This document shows positions 30,001-42,935 of a stretch of DNA of 63,901 nt, piece by piece. Each line of letters starts with the position of its first letter. Positions within the stretch are counted from its first letter, which is position 1. The stretch is taken from contig OZ024745.1 of the NCBI GenBank assembly GCA_964016885.1, forward strand, positions 11,718,001-11,781,901, given 5' to 3'. This DNA is from Eledone cirrhosa (taxonomy: Eukaryota). Below the pieces are notes generated by a model. The model worked only from the letters and a program-made list of their open reading frames with translations, ran no database searches and had not been told where the DNA came from. The position numbers and the translations under genes are program-made.

Positions 30001-33000
30001 TCAACACTAAACCTACCAAACTTACAGTCGTTACCATCACTACAACATTCAACACTAAACCTACAAAAATTACAGTCGTTACAATCACTACTACAGCAAA
30101 CACTAAACCTACCAAACTTACAGTCGTTACCATCACTACAACAGTCAACACTAAACCTACCAAACTTACAGTCGTTACCATCACTACTACAGTCAACACT
30201 AAACCTACCAAACTTACAGTCGTTACCATCACTACAACAGTCAACACTAAACCTACCAAACTTACAGTCGTTACCATCAATACTACAGTCAACACTAAAC
30301 CTACCAAACTTACAGTCGTTACCATCACTACAACATTCAACACTAAACCTACCAAACTTACAGTCGTTACCATCACTACTACAGTCAACACTAAACCTAC
30401 CAAACTTACAGTCGTTACCATCACTACAACAGTCAACACTAAACCTACCAAACTTACAGTCGTTACCATCACTACTACAGTCAACACTAAACCTACCAAA
30501 CTTACAGTTGTTACCATCACTACAACAGTCAACACTAAACCTACCAAACTTACAGTCGTTACCATCACTACTACAGTCAACACTAAACCTACCAAACTTA
30601 CAGTCGTTACTATCACTACAACAGTCAACACTAAACCTACCAAACTTACAGTCGTTACCATCACTACTACAGTCAACACTAAACCTACCAAACTTACAGT
30701 CGTTACCATCACTACAACAGTCAACACTAAACCTACCAAACTTACAGTCGTTACCATCACTACTACAGTCGACACTAAACCTACCAAACTTACAGTCGTT
30801 ACCTTCACTACTACAGTCAACACTAAACCTACCAAACTTACAGTCGTTACCATCACTACAACAGTCAACACTAAACCTACCAAACTTACAGTCGTTATCA
30901 TCACTACAACAGTCAACACTAAACCTACCAAACTTACAGTCGTTACCATCACTACAACAGTCAACACTAAACCTACCAAACATACAGTCGTTACCATCAC
31001 TACTACAGTCAAAACTAAACCTACCAAACTTACAGTCGTTACCATCACTACTACAGTCAACACTAAACCTACCAAACTTACAGTCGTTACCATCACTACT
31101 ACAGTCAACACTAAAACTACCAAACTTACAGTCGTTACTATCACTAATACAGTCAACACTAAAACTACCAAACTTACAGTCGTTACCATCACTACTACAG
31201 TCAACACTAAACCTACCAAACTTACAGTCGTTACCATCACTACTACAGTCAACACTAAACCTACCAAACTTACAGTCGTTACCATCACTACTACAGTCAA
31301 CACTAAAACTACCAAACTTACAGTCGTTACCATCACTACAACAGTCAACACTAAAACTACCAAACTTACAGTCGTTACCATCACTACAACAGTCAACACT
31401 AAACCTACCAAACTTACAGTCGTTACCATCACTACAACAGTCAACACTAAACCTACCAAACTTACAGTCGTTACCATCACTACTACAGTCAACACTAAAC
31501 CTACCAAACTTACAGTCGTTACTATCACTACAACAGTCAACACTAAACCTACCAAACTTACAGTCGTTACCATTACTACTACAGTCAACACTAAACCTAC
31601 CAAACTTACAGTCGTTAATATCACTACAACAGTCAACACTAAACCTAACAAATTTACAGTCGTTACCATCACTACAACAGTCAACACTAAACCTACCAAA
31701 CTTACAGTCGTTACTATCACTACAACAGTCAACACTAAACCTACCAAACTTACAGTCGTTACCATCACTACTACAGTCAACACTAAACCTACCAAACTTA
31801 CAGTCGTTACTATCACTACAACAGTCAACACTAAACCTACCAAACTTACAGTCGTTACCATCACTACAACAGTCAACACTAAAACTACCAAACTTACAGT
31901 CGTTACTATCACTACAACAGTCAACACTAAACCTACCAAACTTACAGTCGTTACCATCACTACTACAGTCAACACTAAACCTACCAAACTTACAGTCGTT
32001 AACATCACTACAACAGTCAACACTAAACCTACCAAACTTACAGTCGTTACCATCACTACAACATTCAACACTAAACCTACAAAAATTACAGTCGTTACAA
32101 TCACTACTACAGCCAAGACTAAACCTACCAAACTTACAGTCGTTACCATCACTACAACAGTCAACACTAAACCTACCAAACTTACAGTCGTTACCATCAC
32201 TACTACAGTCGACACTAAACCTACCAAACTTACAGTCGTTACCATCACTACAACAGTCAACACTAAACCTACCAAACTTACAGTCGTTACCATCAATACT
32301 ACAGTCAACACTAAACCTACCAAACTTACAGTCGTTACCATCACTACAACATTCAACACTAAACCTACCAAACTTACAGTCGTTACCATCACTACTACAG
32401 TCAACACTAAACCTACCAAACTTACAGTCGTTACCATCACTACAACAGTCAACACTAAACCTACCAAACTTACAGTCGTTACCATCACTACAACAGTCAA
32501 CACTAAACCTACCAAACTTACAGTCGTTACCATCACTACTACAGTCAACACTAAACCTACCAAACTTACAGTCGTTACTATCACTACAACAGTCAACACT
32601 AAACCTACCAAACTTACAGTCGTTACCATCACTACTACAGTCAACACTAAACCTACCAAACTTACAGTCGTTACTATCACTACAACAGTCAACACTAAAC
32701 CTACCAAACTTACAGTCGTTACCATCACTACAACAGTCAACACTAAACCTACCAAACTTACAGTCGTTACTATCACTACAATATTCAACACTAAACCTAC
32801 CAAACTTACAGTCGTTACCATCACTACAACAGTCAACACTAAACCTACCAAACTTACAGTCGTTACCATCACTACTACAGTCAACACTAAACCTACCAAA
32901 CTTACAGTCGTTAACATCACTACAACAGTCAACACTAAACCTACCAAACTTACAGTCGTTACCATCACTACAACATTCAACACTAAACCTACAAAAATTA

Positions 33001-36000
33001 CAGTCGTTACAATCACTACTACAGCAAACACTAAACCTACCAAACTTACAGTCGTTACCATCACTACAACAGTCAACACTAAACCTACCAAACTTACAGT
33101 CGTTACCATCACTACTACAGTCAACACTAAACCTACCAAACTTACAGTCGTTACCATCACTACAACAGTCAACACTAAACCTACCAAACTTACAGTCGTT
33201 ACCATCAATACTACAGTCAACACTAAACCTACCAAACTTACAGTCGTTACCATCACTACAACATTCAACACTAAACCTACCAAACTTACAGTCGTTACCA
33301 TCACTACTACAGTCAACACTAAACCTACCAAACTTACAGTCGTTACCATCACTACAACAGTCAACACTAAACCTACCAAACTTACAGTCGTTACCATCAC
33401 TACTACAGTCGACACTAAACCTACCAAACTTACAGTCGTTACCTTCACTACTACAGTCAACACTAAACCTACCAAACTTACAGTCGTTACCATCACTACA
33501 ACAGTCAACACTAAACCTACCAAACTTACAGTCGTTATCATCACTACAACAGTCAACACTAAACCTACCAAACTTACAGTCGTTACCAACACTACAACAG
33601 TCAACACTAAACCTACCAAACATACAGTCGTTACCATCACTACTACAGTCAAAACTAAACCTACCAAACTTACAGTCGTTACCATCACTACTACAGTCAA
33701 CACTAAACCTACCAAACTTACAGTCGTTACCATCACTACTACAGTCAACACTAAAACTACCAAACTTACAGTCGTTACCATCACTAGTACAGTCAACACT
33801 AAAACTACCAAACTTACAGTCGTTACCATCACTACTACAGTCAACACTAAACCTACCAAACTTACAGTCGTTACCATCACTACTACAGTCAACACTAAAC
33901 CTACCAAACTTACAGTCGTTACCATCACTACTACAGTCAACACTAAAACTACCAAACTTACAGTCGTTACCATCACTACAACAGTCAACACTAAAACTAC
34001 CAAACTTACAGTCGTTACCATCACTACAACAGTCAACACTAAACCTACCAAACTTACAGTCGTTACCATCACTACAACAGTCAACACTAAACCTACCAAA
34101 CTTACAGTCGTTACCATCACTACTACAGTCAACACTAAACCTACCAAACTTACAGTCGTTACTATCACTACAACAGTCAACACTAAACCTACCAAACTTA
34201 CAGTCGTTACCATTACTACTACAGTCAACACTAAACCTACCAAACTTACAGTCGTTAATATCACTACAACAGTCAACACTAAACCTAACAAACTTACAGT
34301 CGTTACCATCACTACAACAGTCAACACTAAACCTACCAAACTTACAGTCGTTACTATCACTACAACAGTCAACACTAAACCTACCAAACTTACAGTCGTT
34401 ACCATCACTACTACAGTCAACACTAAACCTACCAAACTTACAGTCGTTACTATCACTACAACAGTCAACACTAAACCTACCAAACTTACAGTCGTTACCA
34501 TCACTACAACAGTCAACACTAAAACTACCAAACTTACAGTCGTTACTATCACTACAACAGTCAACACTAAACCTACCAAACTTACAGTCGTTACCATAAC
34601 TACTACAGTCAACACTAAACCTACCAAACTTACAGTCGTTACTATCACTACAACAGTCAACACTAAACCTACCAAACTTACAGTCGTTACCATCACTACT
34701 ACAGTCAACACTAAAACTACCAAAGTTACAGTCGTTACCATCACTACTACAGTCAACACTAAACCTACCAAACTTACAGTCGTTACCATCACTACAACAG
34801 TCACACTAAACCTACCAAACTTACAGTCGTTACCATCACTACTACAGTCAACACTAAACCTACCAAACTTACAGTCGTTACCATCACTACAACAGTCAAC
34901 ACTAAAACTACCAAACTTACAGTCGTTACCATCACTACAACAGTCAACACTAAACCTACCAAACTTACAGTCGTTACCATTACTAATACAGTCAACACTA
35001 AACCTACCAAACTTAGAGTCGTTACCATCACTACAACAGTCAACACTAAACCTACCAAACTTACAGTCGTTACCATCACTACTACAGTCAACACTAAACC
35101 TACCAAACTTACAGTCGTTAACATCACTACAACAGTCAACACTAAACCTACCAAACTTACAGTCGTTACCATCACTACAACATTCAACACTAAACCTACA
35201 AAAATTACAGTCGTTACAATCACTACTACAGCCAAGACTAAACCTACCAAACTTAAGGTCGTTACCATCACTACAACAGTCAACACTAAACCTACCAAAC
35301 TTACAGTCGTTACCATCACTACTACAGTCAACACTAAACCTACCAAACTTACAGTCGTTACCATCACTACAACAGTCAACACTAAACCTACCAAACTTAC
35401 AGTCGTTACCATCAATACTACAGTCAACACTAAACCTACCAAACTTATAGTCGTTACAATCACTACAACATTCAACACTAAACCTACCAAACTTACAGTC
35501 GTTACCATCACTACTACAGTCAACACTAAACCTACCAAACTTACAGTCGTTACCATCACTACAACAGTCAACACTAAACCTACCAAACTTACAGTCGTTA
35601 CCATCACTACTACAGTCGACACTAAACCTACCAAACTTACAGTCGTTACCATCACTACTACAGTCAACACTAAACCTACCAAACTTACAGTCGTTACCAT
35701 CACTACAACAGTCAACACTAAACCTACCAAACTTACAGTCGTTATCATCACTACAACAGTCAACACTAAACCTACCAAACTTACAGTCGTTTCCATCACT
35801 ACAACAGTCAACACTAAACCTACCAAACATACAGTCGTTACCATCACTACAACAGTCAACACTAAACCTACCAAACTTACAGTCGTTACTATCACTACAA
35901 CAGTCAACACTAAACCTACCAAACTTACAGTCGTTACCATCACTACAACAGTCAACACTAAACCTACCAAACTTACAGTCGTTACTATCACTACAACAGT

Positions 36001-39000
36001 CAACACTAAACCTACCAAACTTACAGTCGTTACCATCACTACTACAGTCAACACTAAACCTACCAAACTTACAGTCGTTACTATCACTACAACAGTCAAC
36101 ACTAAACCTACCAAACTTACAGTCGTTACCATCACTACTACAGCCAACACTAAACCTACCAAACTTACAGTCGTTACCATCACTACAACAGTCAACACTA
36201 AACCTACCAAACTTACAGTCGTTACCATCACTACTACAGTCAACACTAAACCTACCAAACTTACAGTCGTTACCATCACTACAACAGTCAACACTAAACC
36301 TACCAAACTTACAGTCGTTACCATCAATACTACAGTCAACACTAAACCTACCAAACTTACAGTCGTTACCATCACTACAACATTCAACACTAAACCTACC
36401 AAACTTACAGTCGTTACCATCACTACTACAGTCAACACTAAACCTACCAAACTTACAGTCGTTACCATCACTACAACAGTCAACACTAAACCTACCAAAC
36501 TTACAGTCGTTACCATCACTACTACAGTCGACACTAAACCTACCAAACTTACAGTCGTTACCATCACTACTACAGTCAACACTAAACCTACCAAACTTAC
36601 AGTCGTTACCATCACTACAACAGTCAACACTAAACCTACCAAACTTACAGTCGTTATCATCACTACAACAGTCAACACTAAACCTACCAAACTTACAGTC
36701 GTTTCCATCACTACAACAATCAACACTAAACCTACCAAACATACAGTCGTTACCATCACTACAACAGTCAACACTAAACCTACCAAACTTACAGTCGTTA
36801 CCATCACTACTACAGTCAACACTAAACCTACCAAACTTACAGTCGTTACTATCACTACAACAGTCAACACTAAACCTACCAAACTTACAGTCGTTACCAT
36901 CACTACTACAGTCAACACTAAACCTACCAAACTTACAGTCGTTACTATCACTACAACAGTCAACACTAAACCTACCAAACTTACAGTCGTTACTATCAGT
37001 ACAACAGTCAACACTAAACCTACCAAACTTACAGTCGTTACCATCACTACTACAGTCAACACTAAACCTACCAAACTTACAGTCGTTACTATCACTACAA
37101 CAGTCAACACTAAACCTACCAAACTTACAGTCGTTACCATCACTACAACAGTCAACACTAAACCTACCAAATTTAAAGTCGTTACCATCACTACAACAGT
37201 CAACACTAAACGTACCAAACTTACAGTCGTTACCATCAATACTACAGTCAACACTAAACCTACCAAACTTACAGTCGTTACCATCACTACAACAGTCAAC
37301 ACTAAACCTACCAAACTTACAGTCGTTACCGTCACTACTACAGTCAACACTAAACCTACCAAACTTACAGTCGTTACCATCACTACTACAGTCAACACTA
37401 AACCTACCAAACTTATAGTCGTTACCATCACTACTACAGTCAACACTAAACCTACCAAACTTACAGTCGTTACTATCACTACAACAGTCAACACTAAACC
37501 TACCAAACTTACAGTCGTTACCATCACTACTACAGCCAACACTAAACCTACCAAACTTACAGTCGTTACCATCACTACAACAGTCAACACTAAACCTACC
37601 AAACTTACAGTCGTTACCATCACTACTACAGTCAACACTAAACCTACCAAACTTACAGTCGTTACCATCACTACAACAGTCAACACTAAACCTACCAAAC
37701 TTACAGTCGTTACCATCAATACTACAGTCAACACTAAACCTACCAAACTTACAGTCGTTACCATCACTACAACATTCAACACTAAACCTACCAAACTTAC
37801 AGTCGTTACCATCACTACTACAGTCAACACTAAACCTACCAAACTTACAGTCGTTACTATCACTACAACAGTCAACACTAAACCTACCAAACTTACAGTC
37901 GTTACTATCACTACAACAGTCAACACTAAACCTACCAAACTTACAGTCGTTACCATCACTACAACAGTCAACACTAAACCTACCAAATTTAAAGTCGTTA
38001 CCATCACTACAACAGTCAACACTAAACGTACCAAACTTACAGTCGTTACCATCAATACTACAGTCAACACTAAACCTACCAAACTTACAGTCGTTACCAT
38101 CACTACAACAGTCAACACTAAACCTACCAAATTTAAAGTCGTTACCATCACTACAACAGTCAACACTAAACGTACCAAACTTACAGTCGTTACCATCAAT
38201 ACTACAGTCAACACTAAACCTACCAAACTTACAGTCGTTACCATCACTACAACAGTCAACACTAAACCTACCAAACTTACAGTCGTTACCGTCACTACTA
38301 CAGTCAACACTAAACCTACCAAACTTACAGTCGTTACCATCACTACTACAGTCAACACTAAACCTACCAAACTTATAGTCGTTACCATCACTACTACAGT
38401 CAACACTAAACCTACCAAACTTACAGTCGTTACCATCATTACAACAGTCAACACTAAACCTACCAAACTTACAGTCGTTACTATCACTACAACAGTCAAC
38501 ACTAAACCTACCAAACTTACAGTCGTTACTATCACTCCAAAAGTCAACACTAAACCTACCAAATTTAAAGTCGTTACCATCACTACAACAGTCAACACTA
38601 AACCTACCAAACTTACAGTGGTTACCATCACTACAACAGTCAACACTAAACCTACCAAACTTACAGTCGTTACCATCACTACAACAGTCAACACTAAACC
38701 TACCAAACTTACAGTCGTTACCATCACTACAACAGTCAACACTAAACCTACCAAACTTACAGTCGTTACCATCACTACAACAGTCAACACTAAACCTACC
38801 AAACTTACCGTCGTTACCATCACTACAACAGTCAACACTAAACCTACCAAACTTACAGTCGTTACCATCACTACAACAGTCAACACTAAACCTACCAAAT
38901 TTACAGTCGTTACCATCACTACAACAGTCAACACTAAACCTACCAAACTTACAGTCGTTACCATCACTACAACAGTCAACACTAAACCTACCAAACTTAC

Positions 39001-39520
39001 AGTCGTTACCATGACTACAACAGTCAACACTAAACCTACCAAACTTACATTCGTTACTATCACTACAACAGTCAACACTAAACCGACCAAACTTACAGTC
39101 GTTACCCTCACTACAACAGTCAACACTAAACCTACCAAACTTACAGTCGTTACTATCACTACAACAGTCAACACTAAACCTACCAAACTTACAGTCGTTA
39201 CCATCACTACAACAGTCAACACTAAACCTACCAAACTTACAGTCGTTACCATCACTACTACAGTCAACACTAAACCTACCAAACTTACAGTCGTTACCAT
39301 CACTACAACAGTCAACACTAAACCTACCAAACTTACAGTCGTTACTATCACTACAACAGTCAACACTAAACCTACCAAACTTACAGTCGTTACCATCACT
39401 ACAACAGTCAACACTAAACCTACCAAACTTACAGTCGTTACCATCACTACTAAAGTCAACACTAAACCTACCAAACTTACAGTCGTTACCATCACTACAA
39501 CAGTCAACACTAAACCTACT
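1..39520. repeat. 48-bp tandem repeat array (satellite/VNTR), about 820 monomers, open at the window start
   Basis: Consensus GTTACCATCACTAC(A/T)ACAGTCAACACTAAACCTACCAAACTTACAGTC repeats head-to-tail and ends abruptly at ...AAACCTACT|AGAAATC. The monomer splits into 27+21 nt parts, each starting ACAGTC. + strand composition is 19A/16C/10T/3G. Confidence 0.99.
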
Positions 39521-39616
39521 AGAAATCTATTAAAAACACCCTCTTCTACATCATCACATACATAAACATACAGACATACAAACACACAGACGTACACGTG
39601 TATTTGGGTGGGGGGG

Positions 39617-40943
39617 GGGGGGTAGAGACATAAGGAAAGGTACCTAGACACCTACATTTGGGGGGTAGAGTCACAAGGAAAGGTACCTAGACACCTAAAT
39701 TTGGGGGGTAAAGACACAAGGAGAGGTACCGAGACACCTACATTTGAGGGGTAGAGTCACAAGGAAAGGTACCGAAACACCTATATTTGGGGGGTAGAGT
39801 CACAAGGAAAGGTACCGAGACACCTATATTTGGTGGGTAGAGTCACAAGGAAAGGTACCGAAACCCCTATATTTGGGGGGTAGAGTCACAAGGAAAGGTA
39901 CCGAGACATCTACATTTGGGGGGTAGAGTCACAAGGAAAGGTACCGAGACACCTACATTTGAGGGGGTAGAGTCACAAGGAAAGGTACCGAGACACCTAT
40001 ATTCAGGGGGTAGAGTCACAAGAAAAGGTACCGAGACACCTATATTTGTGGGGTAGAGACACAAGAAAAGGTACCGAGACACCTATATTTGGGGGGTAGA
40101 GTCACAAGGAAAGGTACCGAGGCACCTATATTTGGGGGGTAGAGTCACAAGGAAAGGTACCGAGGCACCTATATTTGGGGCGGGGTAGAATTACAAGGAA
40201 AGGTACCGAGACACCTATATTTGGGGGGTAGAGAAACAAGAAAAGGTACCGAGACACCTATATTTGGGGGGTAGAGTCACAAGGAAAGGTACCGAGACAC
40301 CTATATTTGGGGGGTAGAGTCACAAGGAAAGGTACCGAGACACCTATATTTGCGGGGTAGAGTCACAAGGAAAGGTACCGAAACACCTACATTTGGGGGA
40401 TAAAGTCAGAAGGAAAGGTACCGAGACATCTACATCTGGGGGGTAGAGTCACAAGGAAAGGTACCGAGACACATATATTCAGGGGGTAGAGTCACAAGAA
40501 AAGGTACCGGGACACCTATATTTGTGGGGTAGAGACACAAGAAAAGGTACCGAGACACCTATATTTGGGGGGTAGAGTCACAAGGAAAGGTACCGAGACA
40601 CCTATATTTGGGGGGTAGAGTCACAAGGAAAGGTACCGAGACACCTATATTTGGGGCGGTGGTAGAATTACAAGGAAAGGTACCGAGACACCTATATTTG
40701 GGGGGTAGAGACACAAGAAAAGGTACCGAGACACCTATATTTGGGGGGTAGAGTCACAAGGAAAGGTACCGAGACACCTATATTTGGGGGGTAGAGACAC
40801 AAGAAAAGGTACCGAGACACCTATATTTGGGGGGTAGAGTCACAAGGAAAGGTACCGAGACACCTATATTGGGGGGGTAGAGTCACAAGGAAAGGTACCG
40901 AGACACCTATATTTGGGGGGTAGAGCCACAAGGAAAGGTACCC
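39617..40943. repeat. 43-bp minisatellite, about 31 copies
   Basis: Unit GGGGGTAGAGTCACAAGGAAAGGTACCGAGACACCTATATTTG with a GGTACC site in each copy. An internal ~476-bp duplication is marked by variants at ~40001/40477 and ~40177/40653. Confidence 0.98.
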
Positions 40944-41094
40944 AGTATATAGAGTAGACTTTGTTCACTTGAAGCTAATTATTTACTCTGTCACTATTCC
41001 GAGATTCTTGGTTGTATACAGAGTTAACTACAGTTAAAGAAAGTACTCAATACGTTAGTAGAGTATAGGTATCTTTATTATATATAGCAATGAG

Positions 41095-41131
<37 letters not shown>
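41095..41131. repeat. (GT)n microsatellite
   Basis: Direct reading of the sequence. Confidence 0.95.
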
Positions 41132-41132
<1 letters not shown>

Positions 41133-41184
41133 CTAACACAGTCATTTGCCTCAATATGAACGTAAATATAATCACAATTAAACC

Positions 41185-41375
41185 AACACCTACAATTGAC
41201 CCCTAAATTTCTACAATTGACCCCCAAACATCTACAGTTGACCCCTAAATTCCTACAATTGACCTGCAAACACCTACAATTGACCCCCAAACACCTACAA
41301 TTGACCCCTAAATTCCTACAATTGACCCCCAAACACCTACAATTGACCCCCAAACACCTACAATTGACCCCCAAA
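41185..41375. repeat. 21-bp minisatellite, about 9 copies
   Basis: Unit ACACCTACAATTGACCCCCAA with a CAATTG core. It accounts for the LGVNCRC and QLTPKHL ORFs. Confidence 0.95.
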
Positions 41376-41485
41376 TCCAGATCCAGGAAGAGTTAAACCA
41401 CGTAAGTCCTTCTACCTATGTCCCATCACCCAGTAACCCAACTACTCCCCGCACTAATTACTGGTAAAAACATTGTAGACGGTGA

Positions 41486-41612
41486 AGTGTGTGTGTATTT
41501 GAGGTGTGTGTGTGTGAGAGAGTGTGTGTGTATATGTATGTGTGTTTGGTGTATGTATATATGTATGTGGTGTGTGTGAGAGAGTGTGTGTGTGTGTGTA
41601 TATGTATGTGTT
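41486..41612. repeat. Degenerate (GT)/(AT) microsatellite
   Basis: Direct reading of the sequence. Confidence 0.9.
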
Positions 41613-41621
41613 ACATACACT

Positions 41622-41717
41622 ATAATTGTTTCTACTTTTGGCACAAGGCCAGCAATTACCCAGTACATTACTGGTACTTTATTTTATCGACCCCGTAAGG
41701 ATGAAAGGTAGAGTTAA
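41622..41717 (-). mobile_element. SINE 3' half (same family as the copies at 48.4-48.7 kb)
   Basis: The reverse complement contains CCTTTCATCCTTACGGGGTCGATAAAATAAAAGTACCAGTAATGTACTGGGTAATTGCTGGCCTTGTGCCAAAAGTAGAAACAATT, nearly identical to 48440-48532 and 48630-48723. Confidence 0.9.
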
Positions 41718-41933
41718 GGATGTGTCACAAGAAATCCTATCAAAGTAGACATATTAAAATATTAAAATATATTTTATATTCAGCCAGAAATATATTTATG
41801 TTTGGTGAGCAGAAATATGTGATTATAAATTAAACATAACTTTTGTGGTGGTCACCGGGGAAAGAACGACTACTACAGCTGATATGTAACATACAATGTC
41901 GAGATTTTAGGGTTCCTTTTTTGTGTAAATTAC

Positions 41934-41948
41934 ATATATATATATATA

Positions 41949-42007
<59 letters not shown>

Positions 42008-42029
42008 TATATACATATATATATATATA
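41934..42029. repeat. Compound (TA)n/(TC)n microsatellite
   Basis: Direct reading of the sequence. Confidence 0.95.
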
Positions 42030-42030
42030 A

Positions 42031-42167
42031 CGAAGGAAATGTGGTAAGGAACCAGGTGGACCATAACGCACCAAAGTACTCAATACTTGGGGTAGTAGAG
42101 TGGGTAATAGGAACCAGTAAGACCCCGACGGCTGAGCTCAAGCCGTTTCGACGGCTAATTCTGGACG
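42031..42167 (+). mobile_element. Unclassified short interspersed repeat embedded in (TA)n
   Basis: Shares the motif AGTACTCRATACTTGGGRT..TAGAG with the reverse complement of ~43073-43103 and partly with 41041-41064. It is flanked by TA runs and contains the hairpin AGCCGT-TTCG-ACGGCT (42141-42156). Strand is arbitrary. Confidence 0.55.
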
Positions 42168-42186
42168 ATATATATATATATATATA

Positions 42187-42299
42187 TCACCTTGATCACC
42201 TTGACTGACCAGTCTGTCGGGCGTCCATTCAGCGCTGCTGGTCACAGCACGCCGTCCATTCCTCTCTGGATCGTGCTTTCCTCATCCATGTAGTCCCAT
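42187..42299 (-). mobile_element. 5'-truncated RTE-clade LINE 3' end
   Basis: The minus strand translates GTTWMRKARSREEWTACCDQQR* (stop 42229-42231), matching the W-x3-A-x2-R-x2-W C-terminal motif of RTE ORFs. A short 3' UTR and a tandem tail (TCAAGGTGA)x2 follow. It is inserted in (TA)n. Confidence 0.75.
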
Positions 42300-42325
42300 A
42301 TATATATTGATATTAATTTCCTACA

Positions 42326-42636
42326 GGCGCGTGGCTTAGTGGTTAGGGCCTTCGTCTCACGATGGTAAAGACCCTTCGTTCGATTCACGGACCGGGCAGC
42401 ACATTCTGTGCTTGAGGGAGACGCTTTATTTCACATTGCTCCAGTTGCACCTGTAATTGAATGGACCAGCCAGCCTTGTTAGATATACTGCCATACTGAA
42501 TCTCCCTGAAAACTACTTTAATGATACTCGTATCTATGGAAACCTCAGCTACTTATACGTTAATTTCACCAAGGGACATTTTTGTTGAATCAACAGGAGT
42601 ACTCGTCTGAAACGACGGAAGTCCAACAAAAACAAC
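42326..42636 (+). mobile_element. tRNA-derived SINE (second family)
   Basis: A box TGGCTTAGTGG (42332-42342), B box GTTCGATTC (42378-42386), a CORE-like segment (TGTGCTTGAG...TTTCACATTGCTCCAGT) and a CAA-rich tail. The head resembles the one at 55702. Confidence 0.75.
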
Positions 42637-42835
42637 GTAGACACGAAGATAACGCTATTTAAATTCGTTTTCCCGAAACCAAGAAAAACCAAGTTAGATA
42701 TTGTAATGTATTTAGTCTAACGTTATTCCAGCATAAATTGTAAACAACTCTGGAGGGGATTTCTGTTTTGCCAGAACAATCTCAGTCAATCGATTTATTT
42801 TAATCTCAATATATTACGTATATAATGCTCCACCG

Positions 42836-42837
<2 letters not shown>

Positions 42838-42909
<72 letters not shown>

Positions 42910-42935
42910 GAAGAAGCTTTTATGTTTTCAACTCC

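Noticed and set aside
1-39520. Telomeric repeat (minus strand contains GGTAGGTTTAG)
   Set aside because: There is no tandem TTAGGG or TTAGG, only a partial resemblance within a 48-mer.
644-39651. Very long Val/Leu-rich (-) and Leu/Ser/Gln-rich (+) ORFs as membrane or LRR proteins
   Set aside because: They are alternative frames of a 48-bp monomer that lacks stops in 4 of 6 frames. They switch frame at indels and contain no non-repetitive domain.
1-40943. CRISPR array
   Set aside because: The units are contiguous with no unique spacers, there are no cas genes, and the context is eukaryotic.
39606-40943. G-quadruplex array in the 43-bp repeat
   Set aside because: The G5-6 runs are about 37 nt apart, too far for canonical G4. 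Only the poly-G at ~39606-39622 qualifies, and its length is error-prone.
42326-42400. tRNA gene (also at 55702 and 48536)
   Set aside because: A and B boxes are present, but there is no complete cloverleaf and the sequence continues into SINE bodies.
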